Assembly (NCBI GenBank): GCA_002328025.1
Contig: DCVE01000003.1
Coordinates: forward strand, 17,222 to 81,221
Direction: 5' to 3'
Length of the DNA stretch: 64,000 bases
Source: Patescibacteria group bacterium UBA2196
GTDB lineage: Bacteria; Patescibacteriota; Patescibacteriia; UBA2196
Shown here: positions 1 to 9,903 of the stretch, in pieces
Position numbering within the stretch: position 1 is the stretch's first letter
How the letters are laid out: each line of letters starts with the position of its first letter
Position numbers and translations under genes: made by a program
The notes under the pieces: generated by a model
Seen by the model: the letters and a program-made list of their open reading frames with translations, nothing else
What the model was told of the DNA's origin: nothing
The model's database searches: none

Positions 1-296
1 TACACGGCTATACATAAAACATGAATTACAATTAACCCCTGTCTTAATACAGCATTATCAATAAATAAAAAACTGGCATTGACAGCCATCGTCAACATAA
101 AATATGTCAACCAAAAACGAAGCGTGACTTTAAAACCCAAATTTTTTATGGCTAAAAAACCAACAAAAAACAAATTAAAAAATATCAATACACCAGCCAA
201 CACAAAAAATAAAGATGGCCACTTTAAAATAGCTTCCAAAAACGCCAAATTTAATACGGCAACTAAAAAAGGTGACAATCTTTTTAATAAAAACAT
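1..296 (-). CDS. Integral membrane hypothetical protein (3' end beyond window start)
   Basis: Not in the ORF track. Hand translation from ATG at 296 gives MFLLKRLSPFLVAVLNLAFLEAILKWPSLFFVLAGV..., open to position 1, with several hydrophobic stretches. It starts 5 bp after the upstream gene's stop. Confidence 0.7.
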   Translation of the reverse strand, partial: MFLLKRLSPFLVAVLNLAFLEAILKWPSLFFVLAGVLIFFNLFFVGFLAIKNLGFKVTLRFWLTYFMLTMAVNASFLFIDNAVLRQGLIVIHVLCIAV

Positions 297-301
297 ATGT
301 G

Positions 302-817
302 TTACTCCGTCTTCAGCCAAGTGTTAGCTTGCATAATTTCATCCATTTTTTCTGCTGATTGTTGTAATAATTTTTGTCCCTCTGCTTTTTTACCAACCAC
401 ATAAGCTTCATAGCCTCTTTGAGCACCATCCAAAGCTAACACTAAATTTAAGTGTACATCTTTATAGATACCAGTTAAAGTTAATCCCATTATTGCATCC
501 ACAGCCTCTTTAACATTTATAATTTTAGCAGCATAATCATCCGCAACTAAATTAGCATCTTGAATTAAATATTTTTTTACTATTTCTACTGCTCTCTGAC
601 GATAGTTGCTGTCTAATGCAACTGTGTCTATTTTTAATTCCTGATTTTTATTATAATCCGTCAAAAATAACTTACCCATTATTTTGTTCTGATTATTATT
701 TTGCACCACACAAGAAACAGAAAATAAAGAAATTAATAATAAAAAAATTCCAACTAAAACAAAAATTAAAACCAATATCATTTTAGCCTGTATTGTCATT
801 TTATTTTTTTTTGGCAT
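302..817 (-). CDS. Membrane-anchored hypothetical protein
   Basis: ORF 302..847 overlaps the SPFH gene; ATG at 817 (MPKKNK) is the more plausible start. N-terminal TM helix followed by a helical soluble domain. Confidence 0.6.
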   Translation of the reverse strand: MPKKNKMTIQAKMILVLIFVLVGIFLLLISLFSVSCVVQNNNQNKIMGKLFLTDYNKNQELKIDTVALDSNYRQRAVEIVKKYLIQDANLVADDYAAKIINVKEAVDAIMGLTLTGIYKDVHLNLVLALDGAQRGYEAYVVGKKAEGQKLLQQSAEKMDEIMQANTWLKTE

Positions 818-821
818 ATAT

Positions 822-1571
822 TTAATTTTTTTGACTATATTTTTCAAAAGCCCGCAAAACCTCTAAAGGAATCATAAATATCATGGTATTTGATTGGTCC
901 GAAGAAACATCGTTAATGGTCTGCAAAGTGCGTAAATGCAAAGCGCCTTGTGAGCCAGCCAAAATAGTCGCTGCTTTAGCCATATTATCCGCGGCAATGA
1001 CTTCGCCTTCGGCCTTAATAATCACCGCTCTTCTTTCTCTTTCTGCTTCTGCCTGCTTGGCAATCACCCGCTTCATATCTTCTGGCAAATTAATATCTTT
1101 CAATTCCACTGAATCAACTTTAACCCCCCACGGATCAGTGGCTGAATCTACCACTTGCTGGATTCTTTTGGAAACATCGTCACGATTAGACAATAATTGA
1201 TCCAAATCCACTTCGCCCACCGCGTTTCTCATGGTGGTTTGCGCCAATTGCGAAACCGCATAATAAAAATTTTCCACTTCAATTACTGCTTTGGCCGCGT
1301 CAGATACTTTGTAATAAATTACCGCGTTGACTTTAACGGAAATATTATCTTTGGTAATCGCTTCCTGGTCTGGCACATCCACGGCTTTAACGCGAATGTC
1401 CACTTTTTTCATAGATTGGAAAACCGGCCAGACAATTCTCCAGCCCGGATTTTTCATCCCCACATAACGACCCATAGTAAACATTACTCCGCGCTCGTAT
1501 TGATTAACTTGGCGCAGTGATGCTAAAACTAAAACCAACACCACAAATATAATCCAAAATAAAGTAATCAT
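822..1571 (-). CDS. SPFH/band 7 (slipin/stomatin-like) protein
   Basis: N-terminal TM; motifs VNQYERGV, ITKDNISVKVNAV, LAQTTMR, WGVKVDSVELKD, AKQAEAERERRA, LRTLQT. Confidence 0.95.
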   Translation of the reverse strand: MITLFWIIFVVLVLVLASLRQVNQYERGVMFTMGRYVGMKNPGWRIVWPVFQSMKKVDIRVKAVDVPDQEAITKDNISVKVNAVIYYKVSDAAKAVIEVENFYYAVSQLAQTTMRNAVGEVDLDQLLSNRDDVSKRIQQVVDSATDPWGVKVDSVELKDINLPEDMKRVIAKQAEAERERRAVIIKAEGEVIAADNMAKAATILAGSQGALHLRTLQTINDVSSDQSNTMIFMIPLEVLRAFEKYSQKN

Positions 1572-1633
1572 ATGTTTTTCCTTTTATAATCCAAAAAAAT
1601 GGATTTAAATTATTATTAAAATATTATTTTAAA

Positions 1634-2968
1634 TTATTCTACTGTCAACTTACCAGGCCCTAATGGATTATATCCATTTTGTACTTCTTCACCATCCAGA
1701 TATCCATCATTATCAGAATCTGGATAATTAGGATCAGTTCCCCAAATTTTTTCTTCCACATCAGTCAAACCATCGCCATCAGAATCCAAATTTAAATTTT
1801 CATTTTCAAGTTGTGTATTCTCTTCATCAGTAAAACTGGTGTCAAAATTTAATTCTTCATCTAATTGAAGTTGATTATTATCTGTTTCAACCTGATCTTG
1901 AACTTGGTTTAAACTCGAAACTATTTTGTTATTAGGAAAAAATTTCATTAAATAATCTAACGAATCCATACTTAATGTCTCTGATTTAATTAAGAAAAAA
2001 GGTAAAATTCCAACCAATAAAATAGTTGGGATTAAAAATATTAACATCAGCGTCCATATTTTTTGCCACACTGTATATTTTTCTTCGCTCTCTATTTTAT
2101 TTTCTTTATTTAATAAAAGATTCTGATAAATATCACTATCATATATCGCACCAAATGATCTAAAAAGTAAAGAAATAAACATATTGGCCAAAGAAAGGCC
2201 AAGATATAACACAAAAGAAACTATGGTAAAGGCAGTGCCCAATCCGCCAAACAAATTAACCAAAAAGAACGCCAAAGCAAAAACAATTTGCACCAAGGGT
2301 TGAAAACCACTAAATAATATAACGCGTTTAAAAATTGCCCATCTATAACCCTTTGATAATTCGGCGCTTCTTTTTAAAGCTTTTCCACCACGCTTGCCTT
2401 CTATCAAAAAAGCATAGGGTGCTAGACCATATTTTATACCCCAGACAATGCCCGGGATTATTAAAAGTAATAAACCACCAAAAACAACTAATGATTTCAA
2501 TATTTCAACCCAAAAAAGTCCCCACACGTTTTTTCTACTCATTCTTAATGTTTCTTTTTTGCTAGCCGATGAATTAAATATAGTATAGACATAACAAGCC
2601 AGTGGCCAATTTAAAATATAAACAACAGCACCAATTAAAGATAAAACTCCAGCAATTCCTAAAATAACATTAATTACATTCAACGCAATCCCATCATTAT
2701 TTCTAAATATAAAATTTAGTATTGCATAAACCAAAAACGTTAATATCAATGGCAAAACGGCTAAAAAAGATGGCACTATGGCAAAAAAGATAAACCTCCA
2801 TTTTCTTGCCCAAGCACGAGCAATAGAATCTTTAAAAAGCTGCAACCAATTTTTAAGTGAAACATTAAAAACATCCGGCATTGGGTTCGTTGATATTTTT
2901 TCTGGTTGAACCGGCGTTGGGTTTGTTGCTGTAGACTGACTGTTTTGATTAAAATTTTGTTCCAACAT
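1634..2968 (-). CDS. Polytopic membrane protein with C-terminal bacterial TSP3-like Ca-binding repeats
   Basis: [19 protein letters not shown]...ALKRS membrane motif; C-terminus [45 protein letters not shown]. Confidence 0.75.
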   Translation of the reverse strand: MLEQNFNQNSQSTATNPTPVQPEKISTNPMPDVFNVSLKNWLQLFKDSIARAWARKWRFIFFAIVPSFLAVLPLILTFLVYAILNFIFRNNDGIALNVINVILGIAGVLSLIGAVVYILNWPLACYVYTIFNSSASKKETLRMSRKNVWGLFWVEILKSLVVFGGLLLLIIPGIVWGIKYGLAPYAFLIEGKRGGKALKRSAELSKGYRWAIFKRVILFSGFQPLVQIVFALAFFLVNLFGGLGTAFTIVSFVLYLGLSLANMFISLLFRSFGAIYDSDIYQNLLLNKENKIESEEKYTVWQKIWTLMLIFLIPTILLVGILPFFLIKSETLSMDSLDYLMKFFPNNKIVSSLNQVQDQVETDNNQLQLDEELNFDTSFTDEENTQLENENLNLDSDGDGLTDVEEKIWGTDPNYPDSDNDGYLDGEEVQNGYNPLGPGKLTVE

Positions 2969-3036
2969 AATTTTTTAACTAATAAAAAAATAAAACTCGC
3001 TTCTTATTTTGTTTAGCACAAATCTAAAAAATAAAA

Positions 3037-3195
3037 TTATTCCATCCATTTTTTATTTTTCTTTAAAACCATACTTAAACCCAAAATTATCACCAAAACC
3101 GGCCAGATAAGCCCCCAAGTTGCCGCACTCAAAATATGCAAATTCTGTAATAAAAAAATTACACCCAACGCCACTAATAAAAGTCCAAAAAACAT
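3037..3195 (-). CDS. Small two-TM protein, DUF5668/LiaI-LiaF-like (52 aa)
   Basis: Below the ORF-track cutoff. Hand translation: MFFGLLLVALGVIFLLQNLHILSAATWGLIWPVLVIILGLSMVLKKNKKWME*; the G..FLL.NL...WP...I..G pattern is typical of the family. Confidence 0.75.
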   Translation of the reverse strand: MFFGLLLVALGVIFLLQNLHILSAATWGLIWPVLVIILGLSMVLKKNKKWME

Positions 3196-3241
3196 ATATT
3201 TATTTTTTCTGACTTAAAAAATTAAGTCAAAAATTAATAGT

Positions 3242-3616
3242 TTAAACACCTCTTGTTCCTAAAATCAAAATAGCTATAAATAATAAAATTACCAACAAAG
3301 TCACAACTGTCACCAAAAGAGTTAGGACAGCTTCTTTAATTTTTTTCTCTAATAATAAAAAAGTTGGTCTACCAAAAACAAAAGCTGCTGTTAATACTGC
3401 GCTAAAGACAAAAAATAACAAAAATAAAATAAAGCCAAAACTAACCACTCCCAAAGATTGGCGCATTAAATCATTTAATACATTCAAAGAATAGACGGCT
3501 AAAATAATATAAGCGGCTTGTGCTATACCCGCAGCAATGCCCCAACGTGCGACATCATCTTTTATTATGTGATCGTTTTTTTGCTTTTCTTTTGTTTGTG
3601 TTTTTCTCATGGCCAT
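3242..3616 (-). CDS. Hypothetical membrane protein (3 TM)
   Basis: ORF with three hydrophobic helices; LFFVFSA...FGRP motif. Confidence 0.7.
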   Translation of the reverse strand: MAMRKTQTKEKQKNDHIIKDDVARWGIAAGIAQAAYIILAVYSLNVLNDLMRQSLGVVSFGFILFLLFFVFSAVLTAAFVFGRPTFLLLEKKIKEAVLTLLVTVVTLLVILLFIAILILGTRGV

Positions 3617-3639
3617 AAGAATTAATAATAAATTAAAAC

Positions 3640-3975
3640 TTAAAAACTAAAAGTTTTTTCCATCTCCACTTCTTGCCAGTCACTTTTATTTACATCCCAC
3701 AAGTAGGCTTTTAAATAACTGACAAATTCATGCTCATCATAAACTTTATCAACTTTAACAAAAGAGCCTACCCGACCAGAATATAAAGTTTTTTCGCCCC
3801 GTAATTTAGCCTTTTTTGTCCACTCTAATTTTACTTTACCCAAATTTGGCAAGCCAAAAACCACCACTTCACGCATACCGGGCACATTATCAGGTAATTC
3901 TTCCTCTCGTTCTTCCAAAACAGAAAATTTTTGCTTTAAGTTAAAAATTGTGTCCAGCCATTTTTCTTTGGTCAT
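3640..3975 (-). CDS. Conserved hypothetical protein (CPR-type)
   Basis: 111-aa ORF; TGGTATAAT extended -10 immediately upstream on the minus strand. Confidence 0.7.
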   Translation of the reverse strand: MTKEKWLDTIFNLKQKFSVLEEREEELPDNVPGMREVVVFGLPNLGKVKLEWTKKAKLRGEKTLYSGRVGSFVKVDKVYDEHEFVSYLKAYLWDVNKSDWQEVEMEKTFSF

Positions 3976-4010
3976 AAAAAATTAATAATAATATTATACC
4001 ACATTTACTA

Positions 4011-4568
4011 CTATCTGACAATTTTTAAACCCATGTAATATCCTTGCGGTTTTTGACACAACGGACATTTGCTTGGTGCGCTCTTACCTTTATGAATATA
4101 ACCACAGTTTAAACATTTCCATTCTGTTTCGTCTTCGCTTTGGAAAAGTTTATTCTGTTCCAATTTGTCCGCCAAAAGCGTATATCTTTCCGCATGTTTT
4201 TCCTCTACTTCACTAATTTCTTGAAATAAAATGGCAATTTTATCCTCGCCTTCCTCTTCGGCCACCTTTTTAAATTCTGGATACATGGTGCCAAACTCAT
4301 AGGTTTCACCTGCCGCTGCATTTCTCAAATTTTCCAAAGTTGAACCCAAAGGATGAATGTCATAAGTATTGGTCATTTCTGTTTTTTCAGTCAATTGCTC
4401 AAGTTCTTCTTGCGCATGTGCTCGTTCATTATCCGCGGTTTCTTCAAAAACTTTGGCAATCCACATTAAACCCTCTTTTTGCGCAATTTCAGCAAAATAG
4501 GTGTATTTATTGCGCGCCATTGATTCACCAGCAATGGCTTTTAATAAATTAGCAAATGTCTTTTTCAT
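4011..4568 (-). CDS. rbr: Rubrerythrin
   Basis: GESMARNKY, ETADNERAHA and EEKHAERY diiron motifs; C-terminal rubredoxin-like WKCLNCGY...CPLC. Confidence 0.95.
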   Translation of the reverse strand: MKKTFANLLKAIAGESMARNKYTYFAEIAQKEGLMWIAKVFEETADNERAHAQEELEQLTEKTEMTNTYDIHPLGSTLENLRNAAAGETYEFGTMYPEFKKVAEEEGEDKIAILFQEISEVEEKHAERYTLLADKLEQNKLFQSEDETEWKCLNCGYIHKGKSAPSKCPLCQKPQGYYMGLKIVR

Positions 4569-4700
4569 ATTTTTTTATTTAATAATAATTCTAATAACAC
4601 CTTGGATTTATTATACCATAAAAATAGCTAAAACAAAGCCATATCCCAATTGTATATTTTTACTATCCAAAAAGCACACTTTAATGTATAATCTAAATAT

Positions 4701-5771
4701 ATGCGAATCTTAGATGACATAAAATTAGACTATCAAGATGTTCTACTGCGTCCCAAAAGGAGTACCCTTCAATCTAGAAAAGACGTTATTCTTGAACGTT
4801 CTTTTGTGTTTTATCATTCACCAAAAATCTGGACGGGCATTCCCATTATGTCAGCCAACATGGCCACTTGCGGCACTTTTGAAATAGCTAAAATTTTTTC
4901 CCACTACAAAATGATCACCGCTTTTCATAAATACTACACCATTAAAGATTACCAAAAATTTTTTAAAACTTTTAACAACCCAGACTACGTCTGTTACACC
5001 TTGGGTATACGTGATAAAGATATCAACCAATTAAAATTGATGAAAAAAAACGGTTTACTTAAAAAATTTTCTTTTATCTGTCTGGATGTACCCAACGGCT
5101 ATTTACAGTCTTTTCTTGAAGTTATAAAAAACGCCAGAAAAATGTGTCCGACACATATCATTATCGCCGGTAATGTGGTGACAAATGAAATCACCGAAGA
5201 AATTATCTTGGCTGGAGCAGATATTGTTAAAATCGGTATTGGCCCCGGCTCGGTCTGCACTACCAGAAAAATGACCGGCGTTGGCTATCCACAACTTTCA
5301 GCAGTTATTGAGTGTGCAGATTCAGCTCACGGCATTGCTAATACTAGAGGTGTGGGCAGAATCATTGCCGATGGCGGACAACAATATCCATCAGATGTGG
5401 CTAAGGCTTTTTGTGGCGGTGCGGATTTTAATATGTGTGGCTCATTATTTTCTGGTTTTGAACAAAACGCCGGAGAAACAGTTATTAAAGAAGGTAAAAA
5501 ATTTAAAGAATATTTTGGTTCATCTTCTAATAAAGCCATGCAAGATTTTTATGGCCAAAAAGACGCTCACCGTGCCAGTGAAGGACGTTACACACTTATT
5601 CCGCATAAGGGCGATATACACGAATTTATCCAAGACTTAATGGGTTCGCTTAGAAGTACTGCCACCTACATTGGCGCGCGACAACTTAAAGAATTTCCCA
5701 AGCGTGCCACTTTTTTAAAAGTCAATCGACAATTAACTACATATTTAGAAAAATACGACGAAGAAAAATAA
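4701..5771 (+). CDS. guaC: GMP reductase
   Basis: DVLLRPKRSTLQSRKDV, AGNVVT, GIGPGSVCTTR, GVGYPQLSAVIECAD, ASEG motifs; no CBS domains. Confidence 0.93.
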   Translation: MRILDDIKLDYQDVLLRPKRSTLQSRKDVILERSFVFYHSPKIWTGIPIMSANMATCGTFEIAKIFSHYKMITAFHKYYTIKDYQKFFKTFNNPDYVCYTLGIRDKDINQLKLMKKNGLLKKFSFICLDVPNGYLQSFLEVIKNARKMCPTHIIIAGNVVTNEITEEIILAGADIVKIGIGPGSVCTTRKMTGVGYPQLSAVIECADSAHGIANTRGVGRIIADGGQQYPSDVAKAFCGGADFNMCGSLFSGFEQNAGETVIKEGKKFKEYFGSSSNKAMQDFYGQKDAHRASEGRYTLIPHKGDIHEFIQDLMGSLRSTATYIGARQLKEFPKRATFLKVNRQLTTYLEKYDEEK

Positions 5772-5788
5772 TCTTTTAAATTCTCACG

Positions 5789-5822
5789 AAACAAAATCCC
5801 ATCAGTTGATGGGATTTTGTTT
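5789..5822. terminator. Bidirectional intrinsic terminator
   Basis: AAACAAAATCCCATC-AGTT-GATGGGATTTTGTTT perfect inverted repeat between convergent guaC and mscL. Confidence 0.85.
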
Positions 5823-5841
5823 TTAACTTTAAACCCTACAT

Positions 5842-6243
5842 TTATAAAATAACTTGAGCGCAATGTGAACAACGTTTAGCATCAATGGGAATTTCACTTA
5901 AACACTCTGGACATTTTTTGGTGGTTGGATCTGTGGGCGCTTCTTTTTTAGAGTGTGCAATGAGCAAATTCATTGGTTTAATCACAAAAAAGAAAACTGC
6001 CGCTGCAACCAAAACAAAAGCCATCAGGGCGTTAATAAAACGTCCAAACATAAACTTACTTCCATTAATTGTAAAAGCAAAACCGGAAAAATCTGGCACT
6101 TTAACAATGGCCGCAATTAATGGAGTTAATAAATCCGCTACAAACGCCGTAACTACTGTTCCAAAAGCAGCCCCAACCACAACACCAACAGCTAAATCAA
6201 CAACATTACCCCGCAATAAAAATTGTTTAAATTCTTTCATCAT
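5842..6243 (-). CDS. mscL: Large-conductance mechanosensitive channel with C-terminal zinc ribbon
   Basis: MKEFKQFLLRGNVVDLAVGVVVGAAF; C-terminal CPEC...CSHC. Start moved to ATG 6243/6240 because the longer ORF overlaps TspO. Confidence 0.95.
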   Translation of the reverse strand: MMKEFKQFLLRGNVVDLAVGVVVGAAFGTVVTAFVADLLTPLIAAIVKVPDFSGFAFTINGSKFMFGRFINALMAFVLVAAAVFFFVIKPMNLLIAHSKKEAPTDPTTKKCPECLSEIPIDAKRCSHCAQVIL

Positions 6244-6275
6244 AAATTTAAAGCCATTAATTATCTTGTTTTTAA

Positions 6276-6671
6276 TTATCTGTTTAAATAAGTTACTGTG
6301 AGTTGTAAAACTGTTGCAAAGCTTACCCACAACAAATATGGAATTTGCATATATGTAATCCAACGAGCATGTGGATAGATAGAAAACATTGCCCAAACCA
6401 ATGTAATCAAGACTAATAAAACATCAACAGCTGCTAAAAAATTATTCTTCAGTCCAAATTGGAGTGGTGTAAAAGCAAAATTAAATATCAAATTAAGCAC
6501 AAATGGCAAAGCGATCAAAAAGCTAATTTGTTTTTGCCATAACATTAAAAATACTTTGCCAAAAGAAATAGCAATTAAAATATAAAGAAACGTCCATACT
6601 GGTCCAAACAGCCACGCTGGTGGCGACCAGGTTGGTTTAATGAGTTGTGAGTACCAATTATAGCTAGTCAT
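6276..6671 (-). CDS. TspO/MBR family protein
   Basis: WYSQLIKPTWSPPAWLFGPVWTFLY and PYLLWVSFATVL motifs. Confidence 0.93.
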   Translation of the reverse strand: MTSYNWYSQLIKPTWSPPAWLFGPVWTFLYILIAISFGKVFLMLWQKQISFLIALPFVLNLIFNFAFTPLQFGLKNNFLAAVDVLLVLITLVWAMFSIYPHARWITYMQIPYLLWVSFATVLQLTVTYLNR

Positions 6672-6679
6672 AATTTAGG

Positions 6680-7321
6680 TTATTTATTTTTTTTAAATTT
6701 TGTTTTAATAAACTCAATCACGATTGGAAAAATAGATAAAATAATAATAGCCATAATTACCAAAGAAAAATTCTCCTTAACACTGGGAATATTACCAAAA
6801 AAATAACCCAAACACGTAAATCCAAACACCCACGCAAATCCTCCGCTAATATTATAGTGGACAAATTTTTTATAATCCATTTTTCCAACACCCGCCACAA
6901 ATGGTGCAAATGTTCTAACAATTGGTATAAAGCGTGCCAAAAAAATTGTTTTACCGCCGTGTTTAGCGTAAAATTTATGAGTTTTATCTAAATGAACCTG
7001 ATTAATAGGAACTTTTGGATTATCAATTAACTTCTGACCAAAATAATACCCTATCCAATAATTAACCGTGTCACCCAAAAAAGCAGCGCCCCACAACAAC
7101 AAAGACAAAACAACAATATTAAAAGAACCAATCGCCGCAAAAGCTCCAGCTGCGAAAAGAAGTGAATCTCCGGGTAAAAATGGTACAACAACAAAACCCG
7201 TTTCAACAAATATAATTACAAACAAAATTATATAAGATAGTGTTCCATACTGAGTAATAATTTCGCCCAAATGAACATCGATATGAAATATAAATTCAAA
7301 AATACTTATAAATATTTGCAT
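6680..7321 (-). CDS. DedA family (VTT domain) membrane protein
   Basis: FVETG..VVPFLPGDSLLFAAG, GDTVNYWIG, ARFIPIVRTFAPFVAG; probable start MQIFIS at 7321. Confidence 0.95.
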   Translation of the reverse strand: MQIFISIFEFIFHIDVHLGEIITQYGTLSYIILFVIIFVETGFVVVPFLPGDSLLFAAGAFAAIGSFNIVVLSLLLWGAAFLGDTVNYWIGYYFGQKLIDNPKVPINQVHLDKTHKFYAKHGGKTIFLARFIPIVRTFAPFVAGVGKMDYKKFVHYNISGGFAWVFGFTCLGYFFGNIPSVKENFSLVIMAIIILSIFPIVIEFIKTKFKKNK

Positions 7322-7447
7322 ATATTTAATTTTCTCATATAGCACCAAACTTAGCAAATAATAGCACACAAAGCTTTACAGACTTAACAATATACTGTAT
7401 AATATATATATAGACACTAAAATTTTATTTATAAATAAAACAAAACT

Positions 7448-7702
7448 ATGCCAAAAGCAAATTCCGCTTTTATGAAACCTTTGAATCTAAGTCCAGAGCT
7501 TGAAGCCGTAGTTGGCAAAGGTCCTTTGCCAAGATCGGAAGTTGTCAAAAAACTGTGGGACTACATCAAGAAAAACAATTTGCAGGACCCCAGCAACAAA
7601 CGCAACATCAATGCTGATGAAAAACTAAAAGTTGTTTTCGGAGGTAAGGCCGTGGTTAATATGTTTGAAATGACCAAATTGGTTTCTAAACATTTATCAT
7701 AA
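7448..7702 (+). CDS. Stand-alone SWIB/MDM2 domain protein
   Basis: LSPELEAVVG..PLPRSEVVKKLWDYIKKNNLQDP.NKRNINADEKL...MFEMTKLVSKHL. Confidence 0.93.
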   Translation: MPKANSAFMKPLNLSPELEAVVGKGPLPRSEVVKKLWDYIKKNNLQDPSNKRNINADEKLKVVFGGKAVVNMFEMTKLVSKHLS

Positions 7703-7707
7703 CCGCA

Positions 7708-7746
7708 AACAAAAAAGGACCTGTTTTTACAAGTTCTTTTTTGTTT
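7708..7746. terminator. Bidirectional intrinsic terminator
   Basis: AAACAAAAAAGGACCTGT...ACAAGTTCTTTTTTGTTT imperfect hairpin between convergent genes. Confidence 0.7.
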
Positions 7747-7753
7747 GAAAAAA

Positions 7754-8263
7754 TTATTTTTTACTCGTCTTTTTTACTGCCTTTTTAGCTTTAACAACCG
7801 GAACAGTTTTTATCACGTCTTTAACTTTTTCTTCAACAACCAAGGGTTTGTTTTTTGTCATACCCTCAACCGCCTTAATTAAACGATCCATTTTTACATT
7901 TAACGCTTCTAACTGCTTCTTTATTTCATCGTTGTTGCTCTTGCCAACATCGCCTCTAAAGTCTGGTTTGCTAGAAGCTTGATAATTGTCATAACTTTTA
8001 TGCGCAAATCTATTTCCACCTCTATCGTCGCTGGTTTCTCTTTTGTTTCTGAAACAAGCATTGCAATAGATTGGTTTATCACCAGTTGGTCTAAAAGGCA
8101 CTTCGCAAGGTTTATGGCATTGATCGCAAACCGCTTGATGCATAGTTGTTTGACCACGATCTCTACCACCACTAAAACCACCGCGATTTCCATCGTCTCG
8201 TTTGCCAAATCCGCCTCTCTGGCCACCAAAACGTTTTCCGCCGCCTCTTCTTGAATCTTCCAT
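7754..8263 (-). CDS. CxxC-x17-CxxC domain protein with RGG-rich N-terminus
   Basis: MHQAVCDQCHKPCEVPFRPTGDKPIYCNACF; C-terminal coiled coil and Lys-rich tail. Confidence 0.9.
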   Translation of the reverse strand: MEDSRRGGGKRFGGQRGGFGKRDDGNRGGFSGGRDRGQTTMHQAVCDQCHKPCEVPFRPTGDKPIYCNACFRNKRETSDDRGGNRFAHKSYDNYQASSKPDFRGDVGKSNNDEIKKQLEALNVKMDRLIKAVEGMTKNKPLVVEEKVKDVIKTVPVVKAKKAVKKTSKK

Positions 8264-8387
8264 AATTTTATATGTTATTTATTAAAGTAAATAGAGTATA
8301 CACTATTTACTTAAAAAAAACAAGGACGAAGTAAATTTAGAATTCAAAAATAAAAAAACACGTTGTCTTAAAATGACAACGTGAGGT

Positions 8388-8957
8388 TTATATCATCTCC
8401 ACTCCTGGCAATGTTAACTGAAGCGGATTAATTCGACGGATTATATCAAACTGCGCATCATAACAATACACGGTGTTATCTATGAAATAAAATTCGTCAT
8501 CGGGATAATTAATATCCACAGCCTCCCGATGATAAAGATTATAATCCCAGGCCATACCATCCTGAGAAATATCACCGTATCCGGGTTTTTGTCTTGCCCA
8601 TTTTAGGCTTTGGGGTAGCGGAGTAATAAAATACCAACACACAATTACTTCCACCCCCAGATCCCTGAGCAATTGGACATAATTTTGACGTGTTTTTTCA
8701 TATCCATTCCAGACGTCAAAAATTATTTTCGCATTTTCCCCAGCAGAGCCAACAACTTCTCTTATCTGCTGGTTAAAAAAATCGTGGGCTACATCGCCCA
8801 TGCCAGAATACGGGTCAAAACCGACAGTACCGTATTCTTTTAAAAATATTTCATCCCTGTCAAGCACCAAAACTTCTGGATTGGTGCTTTTAACTAACTC
8901 CACGTAGGTAGACTTTCCTGAACCTCGTGGACCGGATGTCAAATACACTATCTTCAT
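8388..8957 (-). CDS. AAA_33/PNK-like P-loop kinase
   Basis: N-terminal Walker A GPRGSGKST, LDRDEIF, IIFD..N...R pattern. Confidence 0.75.
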   Translation of the reverse strand: MKIVYLTSGPRGSGKSTYVELVKSTNPEVLVLDRDEIFLKEYGTVGFDPYSGMGDVAHDFFNQQIREVVGSAGENAKIIFDVWNGYEKTRQNYVQLLRDLGVEVIVCWYFITPLPQSLKWARQKPGYGDISQDGMAWDYNLYHREAVDINYPDDEFYFIDNTVYCYDAQFDIIRRINPLQLTLPGVEMI

Positions 8958-9099
8958 TATCTATCCCCCCTTTTTTTACTGTTTTTATAAAATAAAAAAT
9001 AATTTATCTATTTCACTATCATATACTTTTATCACAATTTTTTAAATAAAGCAAGTTATCAAACCAATTCAAATATCTACAAATTTTAATATAATCCAA

Positions 9100-9134
9100 A
9101 ACAAAAACTCCCCTAAAATTAGAGGAATTTTTGT
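9100..9134. terminator. Intrinsic terminator-like hairpin
   Basis: ACAAAAACTCCCCT-AAAATT-AGAGGAATTTTTGT; resembles the hairpin at 16160-16194. Confidence 0.6.
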
Positions 9135-9245
9135 TGGCTCCGAGGATAATATTTAAACTGCGGTCGGGTCTCTCAAAAGACGCTCATTCCCCGTCTTGGT
9201 TCTAATTCCTTTTTCGTAGACTTACAAAGATTGAGCAAGATTAGA

Positions 9246-9887
9246 TTATTGACCTTCTTTTGCTATTTTAAATTTTAAAACCCTAGTTTCATCTGAATAA
9301 AAAACCAGCCTTGATCCAATGTCTTCAAGTTTTAATGTTATACCTATCTCATCTTTGTTAATAATTTCTCCAACCAGCCGAGCTATACTACCCATATTAT
9401 CTAATCTATTATGGCCGACCGTTCCTCTTCGAACCGTCATTTGCTCACGCATTTTTGCCCTTTCTTCATCATTCATATTTTGCATCTTTTCAAAGCCGCC
9501 ACGCTGACCTTCAAAACCTGCGGGCAATTGCCTATCTGTATTATTTTTCATACCATCCGGATTAATTTCTTCCCTCTCCCTAAATGGAAAATTCCTGTCC
9601 ATTTCTCCAAAATCTATTTTTTTATCACCAATCACAATCTGATTGGCACTAATACTTCCGTCGCCGTTTTCAGTCCCCACTACTAAAACCTGTTGGCCTA
9701 TTTCTAAATTATCTAAGCTGACTTCATCAAAATTTTCATTCCATCTAGGTATTTGATTTTCTTGAGTTTGCTGTTCTTGATTTTGATTTTTTTGCTCATT
9801 ATTATTTTGTTCGTATTTTTTTGAGCAACCAGTAACTAAAAGCAAGACAATTAAAAATGTTGGCAGAATAAAATAATATCTTTTCAT
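9246..9887 (-). CDS. Putative lipoprotein (DUF5666-like OB-fold pieces)
   Basis: Lipobox LVTG-C after MKRYYF start at 9887; LEIGQQVLVVGTENGDGSISANQI motif; last gene of the ABC operon. Confidence 0.7.
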   Translation of the reverse strand: MKRYYFILPTFLIVLLLVTGCSKKYEQNNNEQKNQNQEQQTQENQIPRWNENFDEVSLDNLEIGQQVLVVGTENGDGSISANQIVIGDKKIDFGEMDRNFPFREREEINPDGMKNNTDRQLPAGFEGQRGGFEKMQNMNDEERAKMREQMTVRRGTVGHNRLDNMGSIARLVGEIINKDEIGITLKLEDIGSRLVFYSDETRVLKFKIAKEGQ

Positions 9888-9903
9888 ATAATTATTAGTT
9901 AAT

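Noticed and set aside
1634-1790. DxDxDG repeats here and in 47673..48464 as dockerins
   Set aside because: They follow the bacterial TSP3-like pattern DxDxDGLxDxEE..GTxP..xDxDxDG, not the dockerin loop-helix duplication.
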